This document shows, in pieces, positions 25,712 through 37,400 of a stretch of 49,226 nt of DNA. Source of the stretch: Collodictyon triciliatum. Its lineage: Eukaryota. The notes below the pieces were generated by a model. It saw only the letters and a program-made list of their open reading frames with translations. It searched no databases and was not told the DNA's origin. The stretch covers positions 1-49,226 of the forward strand of contig JBHJMP010000678.1 of NCBI GenBank assembly GCA_043381765.1. Direction: 5' to 3'. The position numbers were made by a program, and so were the translations under genes. Every line of letters starts with the position of its first letter. Position 1 is the first letter of the stretch.

Positions 25712-28700
25712 TTTAAAAAAAAGAAGACACTTCGAGTACCTATAACCCCATATGATGCTCTCCCGATATCAACAGCAAGATTGAAGCTAATTCCAAAGCT
25801 CTGGGCATGTTTCGACATGAGGGTGAACATATCTTTAATCTGGTGGTGTGCCAAATATATCAAAATGACATACTTGATATATAGAGTTGCGTTTTGTAAG
25901 CGAAACCTGAAAGCACAGTCTGAAAGAGTCTTCGATATGCTTTTTTGAATTTCCTTTCAACAGTTCCTTCACACTTGGCTTTGACAATATCTGAATAACA
26001 AATTGTTGTGTGTTTTATTTTGTTTTTTCTTTTAAAAAAAAGGGTTATTATTTTATAATGAAACAAAAGCACATTTTATTATTGGATAATTCTGCAAAAA
26101 AAAAAGTGCGCAGCAATAAAGATAAAAGAAACCAGCAAAGTAGTTCCTGTTGATTTAATAACTTCGAAATCTTGTCCCTTGCAAGACTTCTCTGCATAGA
26201 CCATGAAATCTAATAATTATATGTATTACATATACACAGCGGATATCGCCTTTTTCACATTTTTTATGCAATTTTAATAAAAGAAATTTTTTAAAAAAAG
26301 AAACCTGATACAACTCTCAGCTTTGACTGAAGTAAGTCAGGCTCAATGGCCTCATTATGGGCACTAAGTTGAATTCCAATCACGCAACACCTTTCAACTG
26401 TTTCAAAGTTTGTGGTAGAGCCTGTTTTAAGATTATCAAACAGTGCATCATCCAATGTAGAAAGTAGGGCTTGTTCTGCAACCTCGTTTTCACGAACGAG
26501 CTCGCTGATTGTCTACAAATGATTGTTGTCCTCTTAATTTATTTTAACTGCTTAAAACGTATGATTTATACTTTATAGAAAAAAGACATCCAAAAAGCAA
26601 GAATAATATATGGGTTTTGTTGAATGTACTTTTTTTTAATCAAAAAGAAACCTTAATCAAATTCCTTTCATACAAAAACTCCCTTCTGCACGAATAGTCC
26701 CGAAAAGTGGCACAAAGGGAAAACATTGAGAAAGCACATATAATCATGGTTAAACACACTGGAATGATGTCATCTTCTGATAAACTATTTTATGTGATAA
26801 GAAAAAAAGTAACTGAATAAGTATACATCATTCTACATTTTACGTTCCAGTGAATATTTTGTTATCAAATTATTGATATACAAGAGCCTGTAAAAAGCCA
26901 CCCCATTCGTGCATAGTAAATGGCAACAACCGCGATGGAATAAGCAGACATTAGTTGAAATTCGACGTATATGTGGAACGGAATCACACAAACAACTGTT
27001 GCGAAAAATAGACCGATATCGTTGATTTCAGAGTACAAAAAGAGAGTTGGATTTATCGACAGATAGCATGAAAGTCCATAATCTGAATAGGTCCATCCGA
27101 ATCTGATCAGACAAAAAACACCGCTTATTGTACCCATAATAAAAGGAATGTTCCAGGCATTAAGAACCCACAATTTGGAATCATGTTTCCCGTCATACAG
27201 GTATACTGAAGATGCCAGATAGAACAGCGACGGAAATATGATGAAGAAGCGAGTGAAAATGACTAGATTTCCAGGATAATTAACAATTTTACATCCTTCT
27301 AGAATCTTCAAGTCCATAAAACCATAAACAAGGCAGCATACCACAAGCGCACACGATTGAATCCTTTTATAAATATTGTTAACATCTAATTTAAAAGTAA
27401 CTGAATCTATAAATCAACCAGCAATGGTGATATACACGATCTGTTATGTTTATCATATTTTTTGTGTGTGGTTTTAACTATTTTCTTTGTTTCAGCTGGT
27501 ATTTATTAAATTTATGTACTCAAAGATAAATAACAAACACTATAATTTGGAGATTTTTTTCCGTTTTTATACTGGACCGGAACTCACTCTCCATTCGAAC
27601 ATCACAGAATCTAAGATCCCCGATTAAAGCTGAAGATATGCTGTGTTTTTTTGCTAGAAAGAATGGATCTAAATCATCCTCATCTTGAATCTAAATAATT
27701 GAAATATCATGCTTATATGTTACTTTATATCATTAAATAAGTAAATAGAAGGTTAGAATTGTTATAATTCGAAAATTCGAAGAAGAAAGGGGGTAACAAA
27801 CAATTTCTTCAGAACTAGTTGTATTGTGATCATCAAATCCATCTCCTGTTTTTTGTTTAAAAGTATTCGATTCAGCTGTGTATAGCAGCTCATCTTTTTG
27901 GGTTGCAGGAGTATTATAGCAAAATTTCCAGAATTGCTTTTTATTGAGTATATGAGTAGTCTCCTCAAAAAAACACAAGAAATCCTATGGTCATATCGAT
28001 TTATTCATATTAACTATTATTTTTCCAAAAAAAAAATAATTATAAAATAATAATCTCACAAATACTTTAGGTGAGCTTCGTATCAATTAAAATGATTTTC
28101 CAAATAAAACCTGGTTGCTTAACTTCTCACTCCACAAATTCTTTGTCCTTTCATCCAAAACCAGCTCCCATTCTGATGCTGCATCAGCCAACATCATAGC
28201 ACTTTCACTTGCTTTTTTTTTTTTTTTACACACAGAAACGAGGAACCATAATTAGATCCAGGTATTTTCTCAAGCTGCACTATTAAAATAAAGTTCTATC
28301 TTGAATGAACTAGTTAAACACCTTCCCCAAACACATCGAAACGTAGCTTTGAAAATTTTAAAAGTCCTCCTTGCAACCATCCGCTTCCAATACCAACAGA
28401 TATGAATACCTTGTCAATGATGTAAAGAAAATTAAAATTTATATATGTGTTTTGGTCTACATAAAAAATTTTTAATAACCAAAATAAATACATTGTTAAA
28501 AATATGCAGATGATATGATTAAATAAAGTATGTAAACTCACAAGTTTGTGCTTCCTCTGGCATTCCTGAATAATTCTGCGTCCAACTTCTATTGTGTTCA
28601 CAAGACCTTCTCCAAATAGACCAGTTACCCCCTAGATATCACAGTAGGATATGATAATATACCTTTGTTTCAATCAAAAGCGCATTTGCATTTTACTAAA

Positions 28701-31059
28701 ATCTAATACAAACCATAATGGACATCCCTTGAAGAATTAAGGAATTCAATTTAATTTCAAGGTTCAATTTAGTACCAAAAATCTAGTATATAAGGTTTAT
28801 ATGGAAATATAATCGTTTGATATTTTAAAAAAAAACCTGTCGATTTTACTGTGTGAATATTGCATCTAATAATGGAAATTATACATAATGTTTATCAAGG
28901 TTTTTGTTTTTAAAGATAGAATTTGTTGCTGGTTTCAATCAGTTTTGCATATCTGTATCACATGAAAATTACCCAAATGTTACAAAATATATTTAAAGGT
29001 CATACCTAGAAAAAGTTGTAATCACCGACCTGTGAATGAAAATGGTTAGGATGTTTCATTTTTAAGTATAGATGTATATGAAGCTTGTAATATACTTATC
29101 TATGCATAATGTAATGTATTTCAATGAACAATTTAATTTACGTAAAATAGTTTTCCATTTCCGATTTTACTTCTTGAACTGAGGCTGACTGAAATTCTGA
29201 CTGAGTCATCCTTATGATAATAACAGATGACAAATGACCGCTAAATGTAATATTATCTTCTGGATTTCTCAAAAGAAAGTTGACCACCGGACTGAAGTGA
29301 TGGTTCATGAAACATTAGTGGTGATAAAACACTTTTGCTTTTGAATTACATATCTAATAATGTTTAATTAACTTTATGGACTTACGCAGGATAAAGATTC
29401 GATAATAAGAATTGTTTTTGCCTTTTCTTGCATAATGCCTTTTCACGCACCCATGTCATTTTTTCTCGTGCATAAAATGCGCTATTGATAAATATTCGTC
29501 GAATTTTTTTGAATTTTTTTCTCAAAACAAGATAAATATATATTTAATTATGCAATTTTTTTTGTACTTTTTCCTTTGGTTTTCCAAAGATCTTAGTGTG
29601 GCAGTGCTCAGTACAGATGTCAAAATGAGAGGTCCCGTACAACGATAGATGACGAAGTAGTTTGACGTCTTTAAATTCAACAATATAAAAGACAACAGGT
29701 TCACGTAAATAGTAATTCTAGTTTGAGATATGTAATCCCCTGGGAGGATGATAACCATTACCTGTTAAAGGAAAAAGAAATATATATGAATGCATATAGG
29801 TCCTATAAGAATACGAAATGGTTATTTTCTATGGAGGTGTACATATACTTGATAAATACAGCATACCATTACGGCTATACCCAGTTCACTCATAGGTCTA
29901 TCCTCTACATAGGCGATGATCACAAGGGCAAATAATGTGGCCACAACAAAGTACATAGCTGAGTGGAGACCATAGTATAATCTATAAGTTAGTAAAATTA
30001 GAAAATGATCAATAGAATTCATCAACATATCACGATTGACATTGAATGATAAGTACAGCTGTGCTTAATAGATTAATATGACCTTGCAATGTCCTGACCA
30101 ACTTCTTGTCGCAAAGCCTTCCTTCGGATGTAGAAAGATATGATTCCAAAGATTAATCCAGCGAAAGATATGACCCCAAAGATGATTTTTGCTCCGACAT
30201 CAGTCCATCTGAATGAGGCAAGGAAATCAGGAAGCCGAAAGTACCATGTACATGTATTTCCATACTTTTACTTTGAAAAAAAAAGAAATGAAACATATAC
30301 GACGGTATCAAATCTTGACAAAAAATATATATTTTTTTATTCATTACACAAAAATCGACAGTATCAGAGAGTATGTGAAGGTAACAAAGTCTATGCAGCA
30401 TGCAATCAGCAGAGAGTTACAGCTCACAAATTCTCTGTATTTATCCTCCAAATAGCTATCATTGAACCTAAAATATTGGAATTGATTTGAAATAATACTT
30501 ACTGTGTATATAAACAAAAAAACAAAAAACAAAAAAAAAGGTATTGATTAGGTGAATAAGCCGAAAGGTGACGATGACAAAACGGTTGAATCTGTTTTGC
30601 TTTCATTTGAATCCTTGAATCTCATACAAATCAAAATATTGAGGGGTGGTGTTCAAAAATACTTGAAAATTGTAGATAGAGAAAGAGAGAAAAAAAAGTT
30701 ATGTCATCTACTTATGGCTACCTTAATGTTTTCTCACAAATACTCTTTACGGGGAAATCGCTTATTCCTTTATCTTGCAGCTGGACTGCATCAAGCATTG
30801 AATGAGCATTTGTCATCATCTCCTCAACCCTGGATATAAAAACCTTCTCATGCGTCTGTTTCACCTCGAAGGAATCCAAGCGAGGCCTCACTTTTGCTTT
30901 GTCCAGCGAACGAATCTCCATTTTTATGTACTGTCCGCTTCTTCGAGCAGCTGCGTATCGAATAGAACTAGGCCCTGAATCTTCGGAGGAAACTGAGGAC
31001 TTGTTTGTAGTAGCATCATCTGGAAATACTTTTACTGTTCTGTATACCGTTGGCTCCAT
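25259..31059 (-). CDS. Membrane class III nucleotidyl-cyclase-like protein B, paralogue of A, more degenerate
   Basis: FNDSYLEDKYREF; hydrophobic exons; LLSNLYPA; SSVIIIRMTQ; HTVKSTGMSIMGVTGLF; GIGSGWLQGGLLKFSKLRFDVFG; a second TM cluster; CCVIGIQLSAH; EVIKSTGTTLL; FNLAVDIGRASYGVIG. Several intron positions and phases are identical to gene A. The last exons are uncertain. Confidence 0.75.
25355..25414. repeat. (AAAAC)n microsatellite
   Basis: Directly visible. Confidence 0.95.
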
Positions 31060-31416
31060 TTGCGGTCTGGAGAAGAAGGCCTCTTGAATGCGGCAGATTT
31101 CAAGTAGCAAAAAAATCACTCAAGGTTTTGAAGCGAGCACTTTATGCGGTTGCACTTGCCTGTTGCTTCTTCTAAGGCAACAAGTGTGCGTGGCAGTAGT
31201 GTGGGGCTTGCTTGCCTGCAACATAAAGAGCGTCAAGAAGAGTCACAAACGAGTCAAGAAAAGGGGTGCGAAAAAACTGAGTGTGCCTGTTCGGCAGCCC
31301 AGCGAATGAGCAAGGGCTTTGCAAACAATGATCTGTGGCACATTTTGTGGCGCTTGATCAAAATGGTAAAGCAAAACATCCATATCTGGAAGAGATGCAC
31401 CAGCTAAAATCAGAGC

Positions 31417-31421
31417 AAAAA
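31417..31421 (-). terminator. Pol III T5 terminator of tRNA-Asp
   Basis: TTTTT on the minus strand, 5 nt downstream of the discriminator base. Confidence 0.7.
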
Positions 31422-31426
31422 TGTTT

Positions 31427-31498
31427 CTCCCAGACGGGGAATTGAACCCCGGTCTCCCGCGTGACAGGCGGGGATACTCACCACTATACTATCTGGGA
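31427..31498 (-). tRNA. tRNA-Asp(GTC), intronless
   Basis: Reverse complement TCCCAGATAGTATAGTGGTGAGTATCCCCGCCTGTCACGCGGGAGACCGGGGTTCAATTCCCCGTCTGGGAG. Acceptor stem TCCCAGA/TCTGGGA, anticodon loop CTGTCAC, T-loop GTTCAATTC, no encoded CCA. Confidence 0.97.
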
Positions 31499-32242
31499 TT
31501 TCTTGTAGGAGGGGAACAATATTCCATACTATTACTAATTATTTAGTTTCAAAAATTTGAATTCGCTTAGATTCTGATTATCCATTATTTTTCGCTGAAG
31601 AGGTCGAAGGAAAAGTCGCCTTTCCAAGGATCCACCAACACCGCCGAATCGCGCCTGCTACGAAAGCATCCTTCATTCTCGCGATTCTGCCGGCCGCGGA
31701 CGCACNNNNNNNNNNNNNNNNNNNNNNNNNNNNNNNNNNNNNNNNNNNNNNNNNNNNNNNNNNNNNNNNNNNNNNNNNNNNNNNNNNNNNNNNNNNNNNN
31801 NNNNNNNNNNNNNNNNNNNNNNNNNNNNNNNNNNNNNNNNNNNNNNNNNNNNNNNNNNNNNNNNNNNNNNNNNNNNNNNNNNNNNNNNNNNNNNNNNNNN
31901 NNNNNNNNNNNNNNNNNNNNNNNNNNNNNNNNNNNNNNNNNNNNNNNNNNNNNNNNNNNNNNNNNNNNNNNNNNNNNNNNNNNNNNNNNNNNNNNNNNNN
32001 NNNNNNNNNNNNNNNNNNNNNNNNNNNNNNNNNNNNNNNNNNNNNNNNNNNNNNNNNNNNNNNNNNNNNNNNNNNNNNNNNNNNNNNNNNNNNNNNNNNN
32101 NNNNNNNNNNNNNNNNNNNNNNNNNNNNNNNNNNNNNNNNNNNNNNNNNNNNNNNNNNNNNNNNNNNNNGTATATAATTTTAGTCAGTGCAATAAATCTT
32201 CTATTAAAATATGTGCCCTGTTTTGATAATCTTTCTTCCTAG

Positions 32243-32818
32243 ATTCATTTTGGGGAGCATAGTGATGCATTAAGATTCTTTACGCGGCTGCAGGATATTT
32301 TGGTAAGTACTATCCATTGAAAAGTCCCGTTATTTTCCTTGATAAACCACTTTATGCAGCATTAACATTTATTTTCGTCACACCTAGAAACGATTGAAGT
32401 GTGAGAGTGGTTACATTAAACACCTCCAATCTCAAACTGAGCTGCTTGGGGAAATTATGAAAGAAATTCAGACGGTGTGACTTTGATTAATATATCATGA
32501 TTCAGCGACAGCTCTGATAATTCTGTTGTTACATATTATTTCGGCTGTAGGGGCACACAAGTATTAAATACAAATACATTATAAATGAGACCATGAGCAT
32601 CCATATACTCACAACAACCTTTTTCTACCCTTTTCGTTTCTTCTTTTAAAACAAAAAAGTATCCGTCCTCTTCAGAGAACCTTTCGTCTGTTTATCCGCA
32701 ACCGTTTCACGCAGCTGATAAGAACGATGATATCGAGCACACACGACTTTCGCACTCCTATCAGCATCGAGAGGACGTTAGCTGCGAAAGAATTTCTTCG
32801 AATTCACTGACTTCATAA
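32243..32818 (+). CDS. 3' part of an unknown gene with a TPR-like helix; 5' end in or before the gap at about 31707-32169
   Basis: Exons 32243-32302, 32388-32474, 32551-32560 and 32676-32818 splice in frame (IHFGEHSDALRFFTRLQDIL/KRLKCESGYIKHLQ...) and end in TAA. Confidence 0.6.
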
Positions 32819-32874
32819 CTCAATCACGTGAAACTATCCACCTTCTATTTTTATTTCTACGAAATGAAAAATCA

Positions 32875-34015
32875 TTATACTTTACTAGATGCCATATTAA
32901 AACCTGAAAAAAAACAAGCGGGAAGATTCACAAAAAAGTGTAATGTGATACCCTTAAACATGCAAGAATTTTAGCTTTTTTAAATATCAGCATGTCTTAC
33001 CTGCTTTTTCTAAAAAGTAGTTTCCTTTTTCTTTATCAGGGTTTTTTTTCCAATAAAACTAGAAAATATTCAGACCTTCAACGAGAAAAAAAAAAAGAAA
33101 AGGGAATTTTATCATCGGTTTCACAGAGAAACAAAATATGATGTCCCAACTTAAAATGAGAAATGTTTCATTCGCCTGAAAGCATAAATTTAAGAACCAT
33201 TATAGACGAAATACATGTTTACAGTTCACTTAGATATCATCGTGTGCGAGAAAGCGTGCAACAGTTGTAAATGAAAAACAATACTACTTGAATGTGAATG
33301 GAACGATACAAAAAAAAAAATGGTGAGAAAAAAAGAGAAAATTAGGTATGATACTCACCAGTTATTAAATTCTCTCATGCCGCCTAAGGAAGAAAAAAGA
33401 AAGAGCAGGTGATTGGCGGTAGACTTTGACACTGTGAAGTATATTAGTAACAGAGCTCAACAACAAGTGCATAAGATGAAACCCCTCTTGACAGATAGCT
33501 TTGCATTTGTGTCGAGTTACCCTGAATCGTTGGCAAAGAATGAAAATCTTCCATTCAAGCGAACAGCAAGCGAATGTTTACTTGGATGATGCTTGTCTGA
33601 TGAGCAAGCACACTTTGTGGATAAGAATCATAACCCTTTTCTGCTCCACACATAACAAAGACCTTATCCCACGGATGTGTATCTTTTCTTTTGCCTTTCA
33701 GCCGATTGATTCGAAGGTTTGGAAAAACGATAGCCTTGGGCAGCGAAGTGGTGTTGAAAAATGAAAAAAGAAAAACGAAGAAAATCATAGTTTCACAGGC
33801 CAACACAAACCAACTAAAATGCTTTTTTTTCTTCCTAACAACGATGAAAAAAGGAAGAAGGAAGAAGAAAAAAGGAACATCTATACCGAGATGTAAGCCA
33901 ATAAAATCTAGTTGTTTGTAAAGTCCTTGATGCTGATCCGCCACAACCTCGGCGTGATGCCCGTCCACACACGATTGCATCACAGATAACCAGCCTTCTT
34001 GGGTGAATCACACAT
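32875..34015 (-). CDS. Small multi-exon locus of unresolved reading frame (possibly Sel1-like; overlapping PH-like frame)
   Basis: Good splice sites (CTG|GTGAGT at 33358, CAG|GTAAGA at 33000). Stop-free frame from ATG 33980 (MQSCVDGHHAE...QMQSYLSRGCQSGMREFNN). Terminal exons can read FYWKKNPDKEKGNYFLEKAGFNMASSKV*, but the junction between the two parts was not resolved. Confidence 0.4.
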
Positions 34016-34023
34016 AACCAGCC
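33979..34023. repeat. 17-bp direct repeat ATCACA(G/C)ATAACCAGCC, two copies
   Basis: Copies at 33979-33995 and 34007-34023 with one mismatch. Confidence 0.85.
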
Positions 34024-34449
34024 GGAAGGAACAAAATCTGCTGACTTGCTAATTTGGCATCACAAAGACCGAAACCCAGGCTGTGCGGTTGGAAATAAGA
34101 GAAGAAAAAGTGCAAGTGGCAATGCGAATATATCAAGCAAAGCAAGCAATAGTATTATTGCAAAGAAAAAAAAGAATAATGAAAGAGCCCAAGGAAAACG
34201 GCAGTCATTCGTTGAGGCCTGTTGGGAAGACTTTAAAAATGCAACATAATCGACTGGTTGACTCCTGCCACATGGGAAATAGCCTTCTCTTGGTTGGTGC
34301 GAGTCTGCTTTGGGCGGCAGAGTTCTTTCGGTTGTGTCTTTGATATTGGTTGAGCGTCCGTTCGGCCTTTTTACCTTTCTTTGTGTGTTTGTTTCTTGTG
34401 ATTTATACCGCTCCTTTGCGCAGCACAAGAACAGGTTGTCCGATCGGCA

Positions 34450-37400
34450 ATGTCCTCACGGCTCCAAAAGGTCACAGTTCTGCTGGAGAGGTTTTCTCTT
34501 TTCTCTTTTCTTCTTTTCTTCTTTTCTTCTTTTCTTCTTTTCTTCTTTTCTTCTTTTCTTCTTTTCTTCTTTTCTTCTTTTCTTCTTTTCTTTTTCTTTT
34601 GTACCATTTATACGTTCTCTAATCTGACTTTATTCTTTTGTCAGCGAGCCCTCTGCAAATGCATCAGCAAAAGAGACCAGCCAAACAGAAGACCCAGAGC
34701 CAACCACGTTTGTCTCTCGAACCCCTGAACCAATAAGAATCGGATTAACCAGTTATATTTATCATTTCCACCCAGTCGAACCAAAGCCAACATCTCCACC
34801 ATCCTGCACAAAATTGAAAGGAATAATAAAAAAAAAATCATACCTACCCAGTCACCCACTAATTCATCAACATTGCTAAAGAAATCCGCGATTGAAGTTT
34901 CAAAGGATGTCCATGGTTGGCAAATCACGAACTTTGGGTATCTTCTCATCACAGTTCCAGAGTGCTCGGGAGATCACAAACATACAATCCGACGAAAAGC
35001 AGATGGAAAATGAATTGCAAGAACTTCACACGTTTATATCAGAATCTATTGAGGAAGAAGAGGTCAACATGACCACCAAGAAAAGGTATATCTATCAACA
35101 TATCCATTTGAACATTTTCCACTCGCTGTCTTTCTTTGTCTTTATTCCTTTCCCTGTTCTTTATGTGCTACAATATGAATGGGACCTATCAATTTGAAAG
35201 CAAGAAAAACAAGTCCAGACCATCCCGCCTCTCTCCAAATAATCATTTTTGGGAGCTATTATATTGGAGGCATAACTTATCGCTTATTCTTTACAAAGAT
35301 TTATTTATTACCTTCTTATCTTGTTTTAGCATAATATCATCACTGCAAGCAATTGTGCAAGAATTCAATCAGGACGAAGCAAGTGACACTTCATCCGCAC
35401 AAGCGGTTGTTGCAGGAAAACTTTACAAGATATTAGAGGCCATGATGCATGAAGTATCTCAAACTTATTTTTGAATTCTGATTGATATTAGTTGCGCCTA
35501 TGGAAGTTTAGGTGTCAGCTAGTTGTGTTTATAAACCCATGCTTTGGTTTTTGTTTTAAGATAAATTTTCTTGTTGGCTGCGCCATTCTAGGTAAAGAAT
35601 CGTAAGGAGAGTCAGGAAAAGTATAGTGTAGCGTTGCTGAAGCTCACAAATGCGATGTCTGTTATAAAGACAGAGAATGAAATTAGGCAGAAAATTCTTG
35701 AGAAGAAAGGTATCCGATGTTTCCAAAAAAAAATTCACATTTTATCTTTGTTTCGCTCCTATGGCACGGAATTAAAGGGAACTCCTTATTAGATAAACTC
35801 GGGCAAGAAGCTATACAAGCCCATATTAATATTGGGACAGAACTTCAAATTAGAAAAGTAACAATTTATAGCTGCCGTTTTTTTCATCATGAGACGGAAC
35901 AAAAAAAAAAAAACGGAAAGATTTATCGGAATCCTTTTCCTTATATTTTAATATCCTTTTCGCACTTATTCATTTTCTCCCCATCTTTTCCCATATTTCA
36001 TGGTATTTTCACTTCTCCTTTTTATGCATAAGACTTTGTCATTTGTAAAATTGCAATCTTACTAGAAAAAACAAATAAATATGAAAATTGCATCCAATGA
36101 GCCTAGAATCTCGAGGAGAAAGTTCAAAAGCTCGAATTGCATATTGAAGTGTTGAGTGACCTAAGGGAGAGAGAATCAAAAGAAAAGTGTCGATTGTCCA
36201 GGAAGGTTGCCCAACTAGAAGCTGAGGTTTGAAATATGGTTACATCGAGGCACAATATCGTTGTTCCAATTTATTTTTTTTGATTGTGATTGAAGCCATA
36301 AAATATTGTTAAATATATACTTTACCTAAATTTTTACATTCATCGAACTAATATGGTCGGGTAATTTCCATCAACATGTGTTTATTTCAGATCGATGATC
36401 TTAAGAACACAATCAAGAGTGACAAAGACATCATCAAAGACCTCAGTAAAGAAAATAATTTTATATTACCATCCGGTGCAAAAGCATACTACTCATGACT
36501 TGTGAATCGCCATATGTTTTCCAAAATATGTTTGGGAGCAAAATAGTTACGCTGTGATTAACCCACAGACGAAGAGATTAAGGAACTAAAGACCAGCTAT
36601 GATGAATTGAAGGCATCAAAATCAAGGGTATTATTGTTTCAAGATTCTGCTCTTTACATTCCATGTGTCATTTATGAGCACCATGGCAAGTTGGAGCTAT
36701 AACATATCAAAAAAAAAAATTGCAGAGAGAAGTTCACCGGGAAATATTAGAAGAAGCATCAGCTATTCAAGAGGCCATCATCAAGTCGGCCAGTCAATCG
36801 GATTTTGTGGATGTAAAATTACCCCAGGTTGTTGGTTCAGAGACAGTAAAGCGTCCCAGCACTACGCCTGATGTACGTATTGTAAATTGAAATGCATACA
36901 GGGAAATGACAATTTACACACATATTGATAGTCGCAAGCTTTTCACAAGGGTGAACTATTAACAAATGCCATAAATAAATAATGAATATACCATTTAAGA
37001 ACTCTGCTCTTTCGATTCCGATTAAAACTCCAACTTTAACTCACGATTCTTCCTTCAGTCAGGTCTGCAAGAAAAAAAAACAAGAAGTATATTGTCTAAG
37101 CGTTATTACTGTTTTTTACGTTCAATATTACCCATTGACAAATCCTGTTCTTATTAGGTATTTCCAAACCCACTGAAACCGCATTACCCTCCGCGTCGAC
37201 CGAAGGGAGAGTCCACGCGTAGTTTTCCAAACAGAGTTTATGCCCTTAACTCCAACCAGTCCTCGTGGGCACATTTTTATTTCTTTTTAACTTTCATAAT
37301 TTTTCTTTTGTGCTTTCTCGTTTTTTCCTGTTTTTTTTTCCCGTTTTTTCCGTTTTTTTTTTCGGTTTACATAATCGAACTTTAATATTATACCGAATGG

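Noticed and set aside
32875-33360. snoRNA host transcript as the explanation for the small spliced locus
   Set aside because: No convincing box C (RTGATGA) / box D (CTGA) pair with a terminal stem was found in the introns; a covariance-model search was not possible.
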